DNA of 64,000 bases from Octopus vulgaris (Eukaryota), in contig OX597843.1 of the NCBI GenBank assembly GCA_951406725.2, forward strand, positions 20,026,001 through 20,090,000, written 5' to 3'. A model generated the notes under the pieces. It was not told the DNA's origin and made no database searches. It saw only the letters and a list, made by a program, of their open reading frames with translations. How positions within the stretch are numbered: the first letter of the stretch is position 1; every line of letters begins with the position of its first letter. Positions 12,101 through 26,059 of the stretch are shown piece after piece. The position numbers and the translations under genes are program-made.

Positions 12101-15100
12101 GAGTGAGAGAGCAGTGCATGCCATCAAAGTGACACTGGGGTAAAATATACGAAGCCCAGTATACCCATCCGGACTACCCATCTGATAAGGGTACACTAGG
12201 CACATGCATCACAACCATATGTGCGTGACATGGTGATCTCATATCAAGATAAACAGCACATGACCTTGCAGGTGGAGCCCAGTTAGAATTTTCTTCAGGT
12301 CGAGTAACCCATCCTACTCAAAAGGTCCCTGAATAAGGGTTGTTTAAGGATGTTGAAAGAAACACCACAGTTTCCAGAGGTGAATTATTTCCAGCCCCAA
12401 AGAATCCCTCTGAACAGATGGCTTTGATCCTCCTCACTACTTCTGCTCGTGATCAGAGATGCACATATCGTCAACCACTAAGGGACCTGCTCAACTGGTT
12501 TAAGGTCAAACAACTATCAAGCAAATATTGAGCAGAATATTTGCTGTAGCCCCTCTTTTATACCAAGACAAAACAATTTACATGATAACACTTCCAATCA
12601 TTTAAGATCAGAGGCCATGAGAGCCACTGCCTGGTACTGTTGTTATTATTATTATTGTTGTTGTTGTTGTTGTTGTTGTTGTTATTGTTATTGTTATTGT
12701 TATTGTTATTGTTGTTGTTATTGTTAGCATTATTATTATTATTAATTATTATTATTATTGTTATTATTATTATTGTTGTTGTTGTGTTTGTTGTTTTTGT
12801 TGTTGTTGTTGTTGCTGCTGCTGCTGTTCTTGTTGTTATTATTATTATTATCATTATTATTATTCTATTTTTGACTTTTGCTTTATGTCTGTACAAGTTG
12901 GCTCCAAGTCTCACCCAGAGACCTCAAGAGACAACAGGTTGGAAGTTCATGTTGTTGTTATGCCTAGTGTGCCATATATTTGGGGTGGGGGGGAGTTTTT
13001 GGTGTTGTACTAATGAATGTCTAAAAAAAAAAATTTTTTTTTAAACCGAAAATTATGTTTGTTTTAAACCTTTAGATAACATAGAAAGTATTTTGCGTAG
13101 GATATGAGCAGTTCCCATGAGCACTATCTTTTGAATTTCTGCCATTTTGGGGTTTCCTGGTATCTGAGTTAGGTAGCTATCAGCCCCTTTCGCTATCATT
13201 CCCAGGGCACCTATGACAACAGGTATTGTTTTAGTCTTCAGGTTCCACATTTTGCTGATTTCTATATCAAGATCTTTATATTTGCTCAGTTTTTGGTAGG
13301 TCTTGACAGATACGTTTATATCGATTGGGACAGTCATATCAATGAGGAGGCATGTTCTTTGTTTGAAGTCTTTCAATATGATGTCTGGCCTATTTGCATC
13401 TATCTTTCTGTCAGTTTGAATGGTGAAGTTCCAGAGGAGTGAGATGTGGTCATTTTCAAGCACTGGAGGTGGTTTGTGTTCCCACCAGTTTTTTCATGGA
13501 GCAAATCCAGGTTTTTGCAAATTACCCAGTGAATATATTGTGCAGCTCTATCATGCCTGTTGAGATACTCTGTAGGCGCAAGAAGACTGCACTTGGAGAC
13601 AACATGATCAATGGTTATATTTTGTTGTTGACATACACGACATGTTGGGCTACTGCCGTTCTTTAATATGTTTGCCTGGTAGTTTCTTGTTGGTAGGCAT
13701 TGATCTTGTGCTGCTATGATAAACCCTTCTGTTTCAGATTTTAAGCCAGAGGCCATTAGCCATTGATGGCTCAGGGCTTTGTCAACATCTGCATTAATCA
13801 CTCTCTTTGGATATTTGCCATTGAGAGGTTTTTCTTACCATTTATCATTCAGAATATCTAAGGCAGCTGTTTTAGCACGGGTTTTCTTAGCTTTTTCTGT
13901 GCTTGTTTCTTGTGTGTCTATCTCTAATTCCGGAATTCGTTGTATTCAGAATTCACTAAGATATTCCTTTGCCTGTTTTGTTATTGAGTATGATGCTTTC
14001 TGTTTTCATTTTTTGAGACAAATTTTAACATCCAGTCCTCAGAGTTTTTCCGGTAGGTGTCTAGGCCAATTGTAAGCAACCTTCATTGTTATTGCCAGTT
14101 GTAAAAGTCCACGGCCTCCCTCTTTTCTTGGTAGATAAAGTCGATCTATATCTGCCTTAGGGTGGTGCATTCTATGCATTGTCATCAGTTTTCGTATTTT
14201 TCTGTCAAGATTACATATTTCAGTAATTGACCAGTTAACGATATTGAAACTATAAGTCACAACTGGTATGGCTAATGCATTGATCGCTTCGATCCTGTTT
14301 CTCGCATTCAGCTCTGTCTTGAGTATTGCTCATATTCTGCGATAACAGTCTCTCCTGGTCCTTTCCTTCATCATCTGAATGCCTTATTCCGTCCGCTTCA
14401 GTTACCCCTAGGTACTTGTAGCTCTCCACTGGGTCTAGCTCTTTTATGACATTCTGCTGGTCGAGGTTAACGTTAGATGTTTCTGTCATTTTTCCTTTGA
14501 TAAAGTAGCCTTTGCACATTTATCGAGGTCAAATTGCATTCTGATGTCATCACTGAATTGTTTAACAATCGCTCGTAAGCCCTTGAGTTGGCCATTTTTT
14601 TGCAAAGAGCTTTAAATCATCCATGTAAATGAGATGATTTATATTTTTATCCAACATTTTATTATATCTGCACTGTGCATCATTGAGCAATTTTGAGAGA
14701 GGTATTAAGGCTAAACAAAAGAGGAGTGGTGATCGTGTGTCACCCTGGAAGATGCCACATGAAATATTTACATCACCAGCATTTAGAAATTCATCGTCAC
14801 TTCAAAGTTAGTGCGGTTCTCCATGATCTCATACTTACAGACAAAACGTTTCGCAGAGTAGGTGCTATCTTATACATTTCTAGGCATTTCTTTATCCAGC
14901 TATGTGGTAGGCTATCAAAAGCCTTTTTATAGTCTATCCAGGCTATTGATAAGTTTTTGTGTCGTTTGTGACAATCTTCTAAGATCATCTTATTGATGAG
15001 TAGTTGGTCTTTACAACCGTAGGATCCACGTTTACATCCTTTTTGTTCATTAGGGAATATGCTGCTGTCTGTCAAAAAACTATACGTATATTCCGTCAGG

Positions 15101-15630
15101 ACAGATGTTAGTGTTTTGTACATAGTTGTTGAGCAGGTTATGGGTCTATAGTTTTTTGGTTCATTTGTTTCTTCACTTTTGGAAGCAGGAATGCCATTAA
15201 CTAGCCAAGGAGGCAACCTACTAGGGTGTTTCAAAACATCATTGTACTGTTCTGTTAGCAGTTCATGGCTCTCTGGGAAGGCATTCAACCAGAAGTTAGG
15301 GATTTTATCCTTTCCTGGAGACTTCCATTTGCTTGACCTCCTGAGAGCAGATCTTACATCTTCTACCTTGACACCCACCCACTTTTGCTCCTCTAAGGAG
15401 TACAATTTTTATTCCAAATTTTATTCCAAAGACCGTGCACTTCGTCTTTTGATGGTACAGACTTTACAGTAACTGGTGTTTTTCCTATCTTCCTGTAAAC
15501 ATTTTTGGGGTTAATTTTGAACATGCTGTCGTCCTTGAAGAATCTAACCCGCTTTTCATACCTCGCTATGCAGGCAGCTTTAGCAGATACCTTTTGCTTG
15601 TGGTTTCTGTGGTGGCATCAATAAAGTATA
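12101..15630 (-). mobile_element. R4/Dong-type RLE non-LTR retrotransposon, family A copy 1 (5'-truncated, frameshifted), including a 3' module split off by (ATT)n
   Basis: RT motifs KSPGKDKIPNFW, NYRPITC, EQKGC, WIDYKKAFDSLPH; CCHC knuckle CRVC..TIDHVVSKC; RHD; PD..D endonuclease RPDIIL..LIDMTVP; KLSKYKDL. Flanked by (TAA)n. Confidence 0.9.
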
Positions 15631-15684
15631 TTATTATTATTATTATAATAATAATATACTTTATTGATATCATTATTATTATTA

Positions 15685-15761
<77 letters not shown>

Positions 15762-15769
15762 TATTATTA

Positions 15770-15854
<85 letters not shown>

Positions 15855-15858
<4 letters not shown>

Positions 15859-16845
15859 TAGTTTTTATAGCGTGCTTTCACTTCACTACCGAGCGCAGCT
15901 CTGTGTGCCTTGGGTATGTGCGGTGATTTGTTGTGATGCTCTGATGGATATTGTATGGAAAGTGTTCTGCGTAGGATGTGTGCAGTGCCTAGTAGTGCAA
16001 TTTGCTGTATGTTATATGTGTATGTAAGTTCTGGTGTTTTTGTTATGTATTTGTCTGAATATTTTTTTATCATGCCTAATGCACCTACTATGATAGGAAT
16101 TGTTTCTGTTTTTAGATTCCACATTCTGGTTACCTCTATTTCCTGTTTTTTTTATTTTGAAAGTTTCTCCATTTCTTTTAGAGACACCTTGTCATCTGCC
16201 GGTATTGATACATCAATTAGAAAGCATTTTTTTCTTTGTGATCCTCTGACAACTATATCTGCTCTGTTGGCCTTAATTTCTCTATCCGTGTGTATCGGCA
16301 TATCCCAGAGTATGGTAGCTTTCTCGTTTTCTGTGACCTTTTCTGATGTGTGCCTATACCATCTTTTTTCTGTTGTTATTCCATAATGTTGGCATAGCTT
16401 CCAGTGTATGTAGGTTCCAACTCTGTCATGTCTGTGAATATATTCCTTCTTCGGCAGGACTGGGCAGCCAGAGATAATATGATTTATTGTTTCTTGTCCA
16501 TCTCCACATATTCTGCAGTTACTTGTTATATTTCTTTTCATTGCATGTTTTTGGTAATTTCTGGTGGGGAGGCATTGGTCTTGTGCTGCAATTAAAAATC
16601 CATCTGTCTCTGCTTTGAGTCCTGAGCTTCTTTAACCATTGCTGGTATTTTTTTTTGTCTATTTCTTTTGCGTTTAGTTTAGTCCAGTATTTACCATGAA
16701 GGGGCTTTTCTTGCCATCGTTTTATCATGGTTCGTTGCTGTTCTATTTTTAGTTTGGATTTCATTTGTTTTATAGCTTTTATTGTTTCTTCATCTTCTTC
16801 TTTTTTCTTCTTCATATTTATTAGGTGGTATGATTTCTTGTTTGT
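15855..16845 (-). mobile_element. R4/Dong-type LINE 3' fragment, family B
   Basis: WQEKPLHGKY, CRICGDGQETINHIISGC, RHDRVG, RADIVV..LIDVSIP, IPIIVGALG. Embedded in (TAA)n; same 3' UTR as 63553-63660. Confidence 0.9.
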
Positions 16846-16853
16846 ATTTATTA

Positions 16854-16913
<60 letters not shown>

Positions 16914-16927
16914 CATTATTATTATTA

Positions 16928-17001
<74 letters not shown>

Positions 17002-17060
17002 ATTATTATTATTAACATTATTATTATTAACATTATTATTATTTATTATTATTATTATCA

Positions 17061-17119
<59 letters not shown>

Positions 17120-17145
17120 ATTATTATTATTAACATTATTATTAT

Positions 17146-17219
<74 letters not shown>

Positions 17220-17374
17220 TTTATTATCATTTATTATTATTATTATTATTATTGTTATTATCATCCATCATCATCACCATCATCATCATTATTACTATTA
17301 CAGTGGGGAGCTGCTAGAATCGTTACCACGGCTGACAAAATATTTGTACTGTTTGTCAAGTCACAGCAAGGACC

Positions 17375-17965
17375 TCAGGCAGACAGTACTTTACGCAATA
17401 TGCGTGCAGTTTCAAGCAATGCCGACCTTTGAAATTCCTTTAGATTATAGTGTATCTCTAAGGTTTTCCGATGTTTCTTCAGATTGGTTGGTATTGAACC
17501 CAATGCTCCGATGACAATAGGGATAACTTTTATATTTGACTCTCGTAGCTGCCACATCTTAGAGATCTCAATTCTCCATATTTATCAACCTCTTCTCTTT
17601 ATTTCATCTTAATCAGTTGATCTCCTGGCACTGCCACGCCAATCCTTAGGCACTCTTGTTTGTCCCTCCTAAAGGTTACTATATACGGTCTTTGATGCTT
17701 TAACACTCTGTCTGTCTGGAAGTCAAAGTCCCAAAGGATTTTTGCCTTCCCCTTTTCACTCATTACCTTTTCCGGTGTATGTTGGTACCGAGCCCCCGCA
17801 GCCTCATATCCATACTTTACGGCAGAGTAGAGAATGGACGCTTTGGCCTATCTTGTCGTGCCTTCGCTTCTATTCTTTCTGCACAAGACTTTCACAAGCA
17901 CTAACAATGTAACGCTATCAACCCTTTTCCCACACATTCTGCAGGGGTCCGATGCTCTTGTGTGT
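17375..17965 (-). mobile_element. R4/Dong-type LINE 3' fragment, family C
   Basis: CRMCG, ILWDFDFQTD, VIPIVIGALG, ALLETARILRKVL; between (ATT)n/(CAT)n tracts. Confidence 0.8.
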
Positions 17966-17967
17966 AT

Positions 17968-19040
<1,073 letters not shown>

Positions 19041-19266
19041 TTAAGGCAGCGAGCTGGAAGAATTGTTAGCACGCTGGGCAAAATGCTTAGCGGCATTTCC
19101 TCCATCTTTACGTTCTGAGTTCAAATTCCACCTATGTCGGCTTTGCCTTTCATCCTCCCCAGGTCAATAAATTAAATACCATTTGAAAACTGGGGTTGGT
19201 GTAATGAATTAGTCTCCTCCCCCAACAATTTCAACCCCAGTGCCCTTAATAGAAAGGATTATTATT
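19041..19266 (+). mobile_element. tRNA-derived SINE with (ATT)n tail
   Basis: GGCAGCGAGCTGG..GTTAGCAC, B box GAGTTCAAATTCC, core TTTGCCTTTCATCC, tail AGAAAGGATTATTATT; same family as 35030, 37246 and 52363. Confidence 0.8.
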
Positions 19267-19779
19267 ATGAATTTATTTGTCAGATTCCTTCCTCACAAAT
19301 TCTATGAACTCTCCAACATGCTCCACATGTTTCCTCTTGTCCTGCCCATTCCGCGTTAAGCATTATATTTAGAATCTACTTATCTACTGTTTGTCAAGAG
19401 CATTGTTTATGAAATAATTTATACTGGGAACGATTGTACATATATCCCTGGTTAAAACGGAATTTCCCACTTGGTGCAGCTACATATTTTAGTAAGTGTT
19501 TGCAAGTGCTGTGATACTTGTGAAGCTTATTTTCTACGATGCAAGTATCTCGTTTTGACAAATTGCAAGAAAAATTTGGGCAAAAGGGTGCAGGTGAAGT
19601 GGGTAGCGTTGGTCGGAGGGTGACTGTATGGGTGAGGAGAGGAGGAAAGACAAATGATATGTGTGTCTGTTTGTGTACGTAGGTATATATGTGTCTATAT
19701 ATCTATATAAATATTTATCTATCTATACACCTGTCTATCTGTTTACCTATCTAATTATCACACACGCTCTCTCTCTCTT

Positions 19780-19842
<63 letters not shown>

Positions 19843-19911
19843 CTCTGTGAGTGTGTGTACGTATGTATGTATGTATGTATAGATATATGTAGATATATAT
19901 ATTTTTTCTTC

Positions 19912-19941
<30 letters not shown>

Positions 19942-19942
<1 letters not shown>

Positions 19943-20245
19943 GAGGCGCAATAGTCCAGTGGTTAGGGCAGCGGACGCGTGGTTGTAGAATCACGGCTTC
20001 GATCCCCAGACCGGGCGTTGTGAGTCTTTATTGAGCGAAAACACCTAAAGCTCCACGAGGCTCCGGCAGGGGGTGGTGGTGGTCCCTGCTGTACTCTTTC
20101 GCCACAGCTTTCTCTCACACTTTCTTCTTTTGTCTTGCTCGCTTAACCAGTGAGATGACATCATTTGAAGGCAAAAACAATGCGAAGCGCATTGTGATTA
20201 GCGATGTGTAGCAACATCTGATAGCCTGGTCGATCACGGTGATAT
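19942..20245 (+). mobile_element. tRNA-derived SINE
   Basis: GGAGGCGCAATAGTCCAGTGGTTAGGGC (A box), GGCTTCGATCCCC (B-box-like); its 3' end is duplicated at 20376-20452. Confidence 0.75.
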
Positions 20246-20447
20246 ATATATATATATATATATATATAATAATAAATATTAGGAATGAATAAAATTACAG
20301 GGAAAATCAGATTTAGGGTTAAATCCAATTTTATAGTAAAATATTATATAATATAATTCGAGACAAAACCAGTATATCATTTGAAGGCAAAAACAATGCG
20401 AAGCGCATAGCGATGTGTAGCAACATCTGATAGCCTGGTCGATCACG

Positions 20448-20523
<76 letters not shown>

Positions 20524-20580
20524 GTTTATTTGATTAAGTCTTTCCTTGTTTGATTTTAAAATAGTGGTTTTGTCTCGAAT

Positions 20581-20622
<42 letters not shown>

Positions 20623-20819
20623 TCACTGTTTATATCATCATATTCTTTTCTGTTGAACAACGAAGGCTCGAAACTTAAAAGACTTTCTCACATTCCCGAA
20701 CATCAAACTCACACACCTGCTTGTTGCAGAGTTTGACTTGAAAAGCGGCCTGCAACCTCTGCACCAGGCAAACAACTAAAATATATATATGCCGGTCTAT
20801 CTAACTATGAATTTGTTTA

Positions 20820-21012
20820 TCTATCAATATATAGCATAGGCCTTTCTTCTTTCTGTGGCTGTCTTCAGTTATGACTTTATTGCTCATTAGTTGACCTTTA
20901 CAGCCATATGAGCCTTTGCGGCATCCTTTCTGCTCTTCAGGAAACAGGTTGTTTTCGTTCAGGTGCTTGTTTAATCTTTGGGATATTACTGCAGTGAATG
21001 CTTTGTACATTG
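20820..21012 (-). pseudogene. R4/Dong-type RT fragment
   Basis: MYKAFTAVIS..LFPEEQKGCRKGSYGCKGQL aligns by eye with family A MYKTLTSVLT..IFPNEQKGCKRGSYGCKDQL. Confidence 0.8.
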
Positions 21013-21034
21013 TTTATCATCATCATCATCATCA

Positions 21035-21098
<64 letters not shown>

Positions 21099-21134
21099 CA
21101 TCATTATTATCGTTGTTGTTGCTGTTGTTGTTGT

Positions 21135-24100
21135 TCACTCTGGAATACATAGGACGTGTTTTCAAGCGCTTCAGGATTGTACAGCTTAAAACATTTATTT
21201 ACACCGGTTTGGTGCTTTTTTGCATTACTTATTTTATTCCAAGTTGTTAATAGAATCACCAGGAACCTGTTACTGTTTTTCAGTAGCTCAACGAAAATGG
21301 AGGAGCACATCTTGAAAGAGTTGAGAAAAAAGAAAATTGCCCTTCCTACGAATCTGGTGACTGCTGAAGGATCCCACCAGGACTTGATATTTGGTGGCTT
21401 CTGGAATGCGTAATTGCGGAGGGACGGATACCGTCCCGATAGATGGAACAAGAACTGCCAGAGAGGGCTGGTCCGGAACTGACCTGGAGTTACTTCTCCA
21501 CATCAGACCCGAAAACATAAAAAAAGGCCCGGAAAAAGTCGCATTGTTTCGCTTGTGGAGAATCTACTCATTTGCGAGCTCGCTGCACCCAAATGGTAAA
21601 AAGTGAAAGGGGTCAAAGGTCTCCACTGCTATCTATGTCGGGAAGAGGACCACAAACAACACCAGCACCGTCAAAACTATAGCAACAATACCAAAGTCAT
21701 TAACCACCCCAGGAGGATACGAGGAAAGCTCTCCCAAAAGCCCCCCCACACACACCAAACAAAAACACACGCATAAACGAGAATATAAACATACACATAG
21801 ACACATTTACAACAAAAGACCCTCATCTTCCAGTTAGTGAAGATGAAGGAAAACCAAAAGGCACCAAAAACTAAAAAGAAAGCACGAAATTAAAACTCCA
21901 TAAAGCATAACAACACCCACAATAAAACTACAAACATCATCCACGCAAACATCTACCCAATAACACCAACACCGGCATAACCAACACCATCACTATCGTC
22001 AGAATCCTCCAAATGCAAACAGCCTAAAGAGACACAAGAACAAGCACTCACACAGACATCTAAAACTGTAGACACCACATTCACAGCTCACACAGACACA
22101 ATCGAAACAATAACACGATCATCACTACTACAGTCAAGCAAACAAATTCAACAACTCCAATACACCCAACGTCGTAATCATCAGAAGGGACAACAAGGAA
22201 CTGATGGCCCTCGTAACACCATACATTGAATTTGAAACAAGGGGAGTGATTTTCGCATCGAGCATATTTACTTCTGTTGCGAATGTCGCTTGATTCCTAC
22301 ACAAACATTCGAGAGAGAGAGCTTTCATGAGGACGTGGGAACCGCTAATGTGGTACTCACATCAAGGCACTTAAAGGGATTTCCCACCAATCATGGAAGG
22401 CGAACCTGTCAACCCTCACAAGACACCGGGAGGTAAGTAAGCCTTTCCCTTTTCTCTTTAGCTTGCATATTAAGAGTAGGAATTATAAATGTACGCGACC
22501 TGGGGTCATCCTAGAAGCAATGGCGCCTGCTCAACGACATCAAGTTTTTAGAATCAGATGTAATTGCTATCATTGAGACCAGGATTTCCAGTACAGGCGC
22601 ACTGGCCCCAATGTGCGACGACTATCAGATCTTTGTATTTGTTAGTCGCCCGGGAATGGGAAGTGGAGCGGCAGTGGTGTTTAGGAAAGAACTGGACTAG
22701 ATGTAAGGTCGGTCTCCTGGAATCCGGACAGAAATTTGGTGGTCCTGGACGTGAGCAATAGGGAAGGAAGTGTCTTTAAACTGTTGGCTATTTACGCCCC
22801 TACCATAACCAAACGGCTGGATTTTTAGGGGTATGGAAGCCTTTCTAGGTACGTCTCGTCTCTTACTGTAAGTAGGGGACTGAAATGGATTCTTAGACGC
22901 ACACTGGGATTGTGTCCAAAAACATCAAGCACCTGATCAGCTAGTTCCAACTGTCTGACTGGTCCCGACGAGATTTCCCTAATTGGCCAGTGTGGCCCTG
23001 GACCGACCGCTTAGGGTAATCTAGATCGTATATAGGTCGGATTTCGCTAATAAAATAAATAGTAATAATGTAGGTTGTCCACTTTTTAAAATGGTTGCCT
23101 ATTCAGATCATAAGCTTGTTGTCTGTACGGTCGACCTACATAAGACCCGGGTACTGGAAGCTGAAAATGTTATTGCCGGCACGTAAGACTTACAGGGACC
23201 ATGTCAACAATTTAGTTAAGCAGAAGTTGACCGGGAAGGGATGTCTACAACAGGTGGTGGGCGGCTCTCAAAAGAGACATTAGAGTAATATCGATAGGGT
23301 TTAGCAAAGAAGTAGCGTTAGAAAAATAGAAACGAGGAAGTGTTAGTAGTTGAACTAGATGAGGCTATTTGTAGTGGCATTGCAACCGATGTTCTAGCAG
23401 CGAGAATGGCTTTAGACCAGTTCTTCAATGAGAAACATGAAGGTTGCACTGTCAGAGCTAAGGTGCATGCTCTAAGAAACGTGGAGATCAAAGGTGTTCG
23501 ATGTGCCCGCGTGGTGTGGATGCAGCGCGGTAACAAAATAAGAATTGAGTCTTTGACGAGCCTGACACGAGCTGAGCGATACCAGGCAGATATGTGAGGC
23601 CTTTCACCAGCACTTTGCTCGGTTGTTCGGGGAGAGTAGCAGGGCGGAGATGGTGGCGGACTTCAGTCCCTACCTCGACGGCTTTCCACGTCTCTCGACG
23701 GCCGAGGCTGAACGGCAAGGATGCCCTTGACGGCTGCACGATGCGCAAGTCACCCGGTTCATGTGCTGTTCCCTACGAGCTTTACTTAAATATGCCAGAC
23801 TTGTTCTCCGATCTCCTCGGAGCGCTCTACCGCAACTGGCAGCAGAACGGAAGTATTCCCAGTCCTGTGAGCCGGGGCGTAGTGACGCTGATAAGGCAAG
23901 AAAAACACAAAAGGGACATATTAGATAACTTCAGGCCCATAACTCTACTTAACACAGAGTTTAAAATTTTAGCCAAAATGTTAGCGAAGAGATAGGCACT
24001 TGTCGTCGAGGATTTGATTGGCAAGGCACAAACCTGCGCAATCCCGACCAGGTCCTTACGCGACAATCTCCACCTCATGCGATACATCATGGAAAGGGGA

Positions 24101-24815
24101 GGATGTAAACCTGGCTTCGGTGGGGCGCTGATAAATTTAGATCAGTCAAAAGCTTCTGATAGGGTCGACCATCGGTATCTGGAGGCTATCCTCAAAGCAA
24201 ATGGCTTCGGCCCCGTCTTCAGAAGTTGGATCGTTGCAATACACAGCGGCATCTGCTCGGTAGTCAAAATTAATGGCCATCTTTCGGAACCGTTTCAGAT
24301 CTCCCGTACGGTCTGTCGAGGGTGCCTTCTCTCCTTCTCCTCGTATTGACTCTTGAGCTCTCACTGTGGAAGTTGGAGCTGTTAGAGGGCATCCCGCTCG
24401 AACCGGGACGTGGAAGAGCTGTGTTGGTTTATACGGACGACATCACCGTGATGGTGTCGGCCAGCTCAGAAATCGAGGTGGTCAGCACATTATTGCTGGA
24501 ATATGAAGGTTGACAGGAGGACTACTTAAGCCGCAAAGATCGGTCGGCTTGCAGCTGGGCACCTGGAGAGGCAAGTTCATGGCATCCGTCGCTGACGCTG
24601 GATGGACGGGTCGATAAAGTTGCTTCGGGTTTGGTTCAGACCAGACCTCATGGTGGAGAAGAATTGGGGCTAGGTGACGAGCAGATTAGCCAGTCTCACC
24701 TAGAAATGGGCTTCAAGGAAGGTGTCACTGAAAGGTCGGGTGGATGTGGAGAATGCATACATCCTATCCGTCAACTACCGACAAATCGTGGTACCTTGGG
24801 CAAGTCTCTCCTGCT
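21135..24815 (+). mobile_element. Degenerate L1/Tx1-clade LINE (ORF1, APE endonuclease, RT)
   Basis: APE-like start LRVGIINVR near 22470; RT motifs RKSPG, NFRPITLLNTEFKILAK, LINLDQSKASDRVDH, GCLLS, YTDDIT; many stops and frameshifts. Confidence 0.85.
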
Positions 24816-24819
24816 ATAG

Positions 24820-24880
24820 CATCGGGCCAACCAAAGCCTTGTGATTAGATTTGGCAAGCGGAAATTGAAACCCACCTGTC

Positions 24881-24949
<69 letters not shown>

Positions 24950-24978
24950 TGTATATATATACACATATCTATATATAT

Positions 24979-25045
<67 letters not shown>

Positions 25046-25265
25046 CATATATGTATGTATATGTTTGTGTGTCTGGATTTGTCCCCCACCATCGCTTGAC
25101 AACTGATGCTAGTCTAATTACGTCCCCTAAACTTAGCAGCTCGGTAAAACAAACTGATAGAGTAAGTACTAGGCTCACAAAGCTTAAGTCCTAAGGTCGA
25201 TTTCTTCAACTAAAAGCGGTGCTCCAGCATGACCGTAGACAAATGACTATGACAAATTAGAGTAA
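24820..25265 (+). mobile_element. SINE with internal TA/TG microsatellite (5'-truncated)
   Basis: CCAAAGCCTTGTGA..GATTTGG..CGGAAA.TGAAA, then microsatellite, then ATCGCTTGACAAC..GCGGTGCTCCAGCATG; same family as 42313-42710. Confidence 0.75.
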
Positions 25266-25319
25266 GAGAGAGCAAAGAGCATTTATGTGTACACATCTTC
25301 CTAAATCAATACTGTATAT

Positions 25320-25385
25320 CGGTATATACACTCCTTCGTATGTCAATGATATATATTTATATATACACTTCTTCATATGTCAATA

Positions 25386-25421
<36 letters not shown>

Positions 25422-25850
25422 TCCTTCATATGTAAATAATATATATTTATATATACGCCTCTTTATATGTAAATAATATATAGTTATATATACTATCTTT
25501 TATGTGTAAATAATATATATTTATATATACACTTCTTCATATGAAAATAATATATATTTATATATACCCTCCTTCGTATGTAAATGATATATATTTATAT
25601 ATACACCTCCTCGTATGCAAATAATATGTATTTATATATACACCTCTTTTTATGCAAATAATATATATTTATGTATACAACCCTTCGTATGCAAATAATA
25701 TGTATTTATATATGCACCCCTTCGTATGCAAATAATATATATTTATATATATACTTCTTCTTATGCAATAATATGTATTTCTGTATACACCTCTTCGTAT
25801 GTAAATTATATATATTATATATACACTTTTTCATATGTAAATAATATACT
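25320..25850. repeat. About 37-bp minisatellite, about 14 copies
   Basis: Unit approximately TATATACAC(C/T)CCTTCGTATG(T/C)AAATAATATATATTTA repeated in tandem. Confidence 0.9.
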
Positions 25851-26059
25851 GGCACTGGTTACGACAAGTGTGTGTTCGGGAGCCACAGAAATGTAGAATA
25901 GTTGTGTGTATGTATGTATGTATGTATGTATGTATGTATGTATGTATGTATGTATGTATATCTAGTGAGAGATGGGGAGTATCAACTGTATCAATCGAAA
26001 AGAGATGTAATCAGCATGGCCGGAGCTCTGAGATGAAACTACAGAAAAAAATGCAGATA

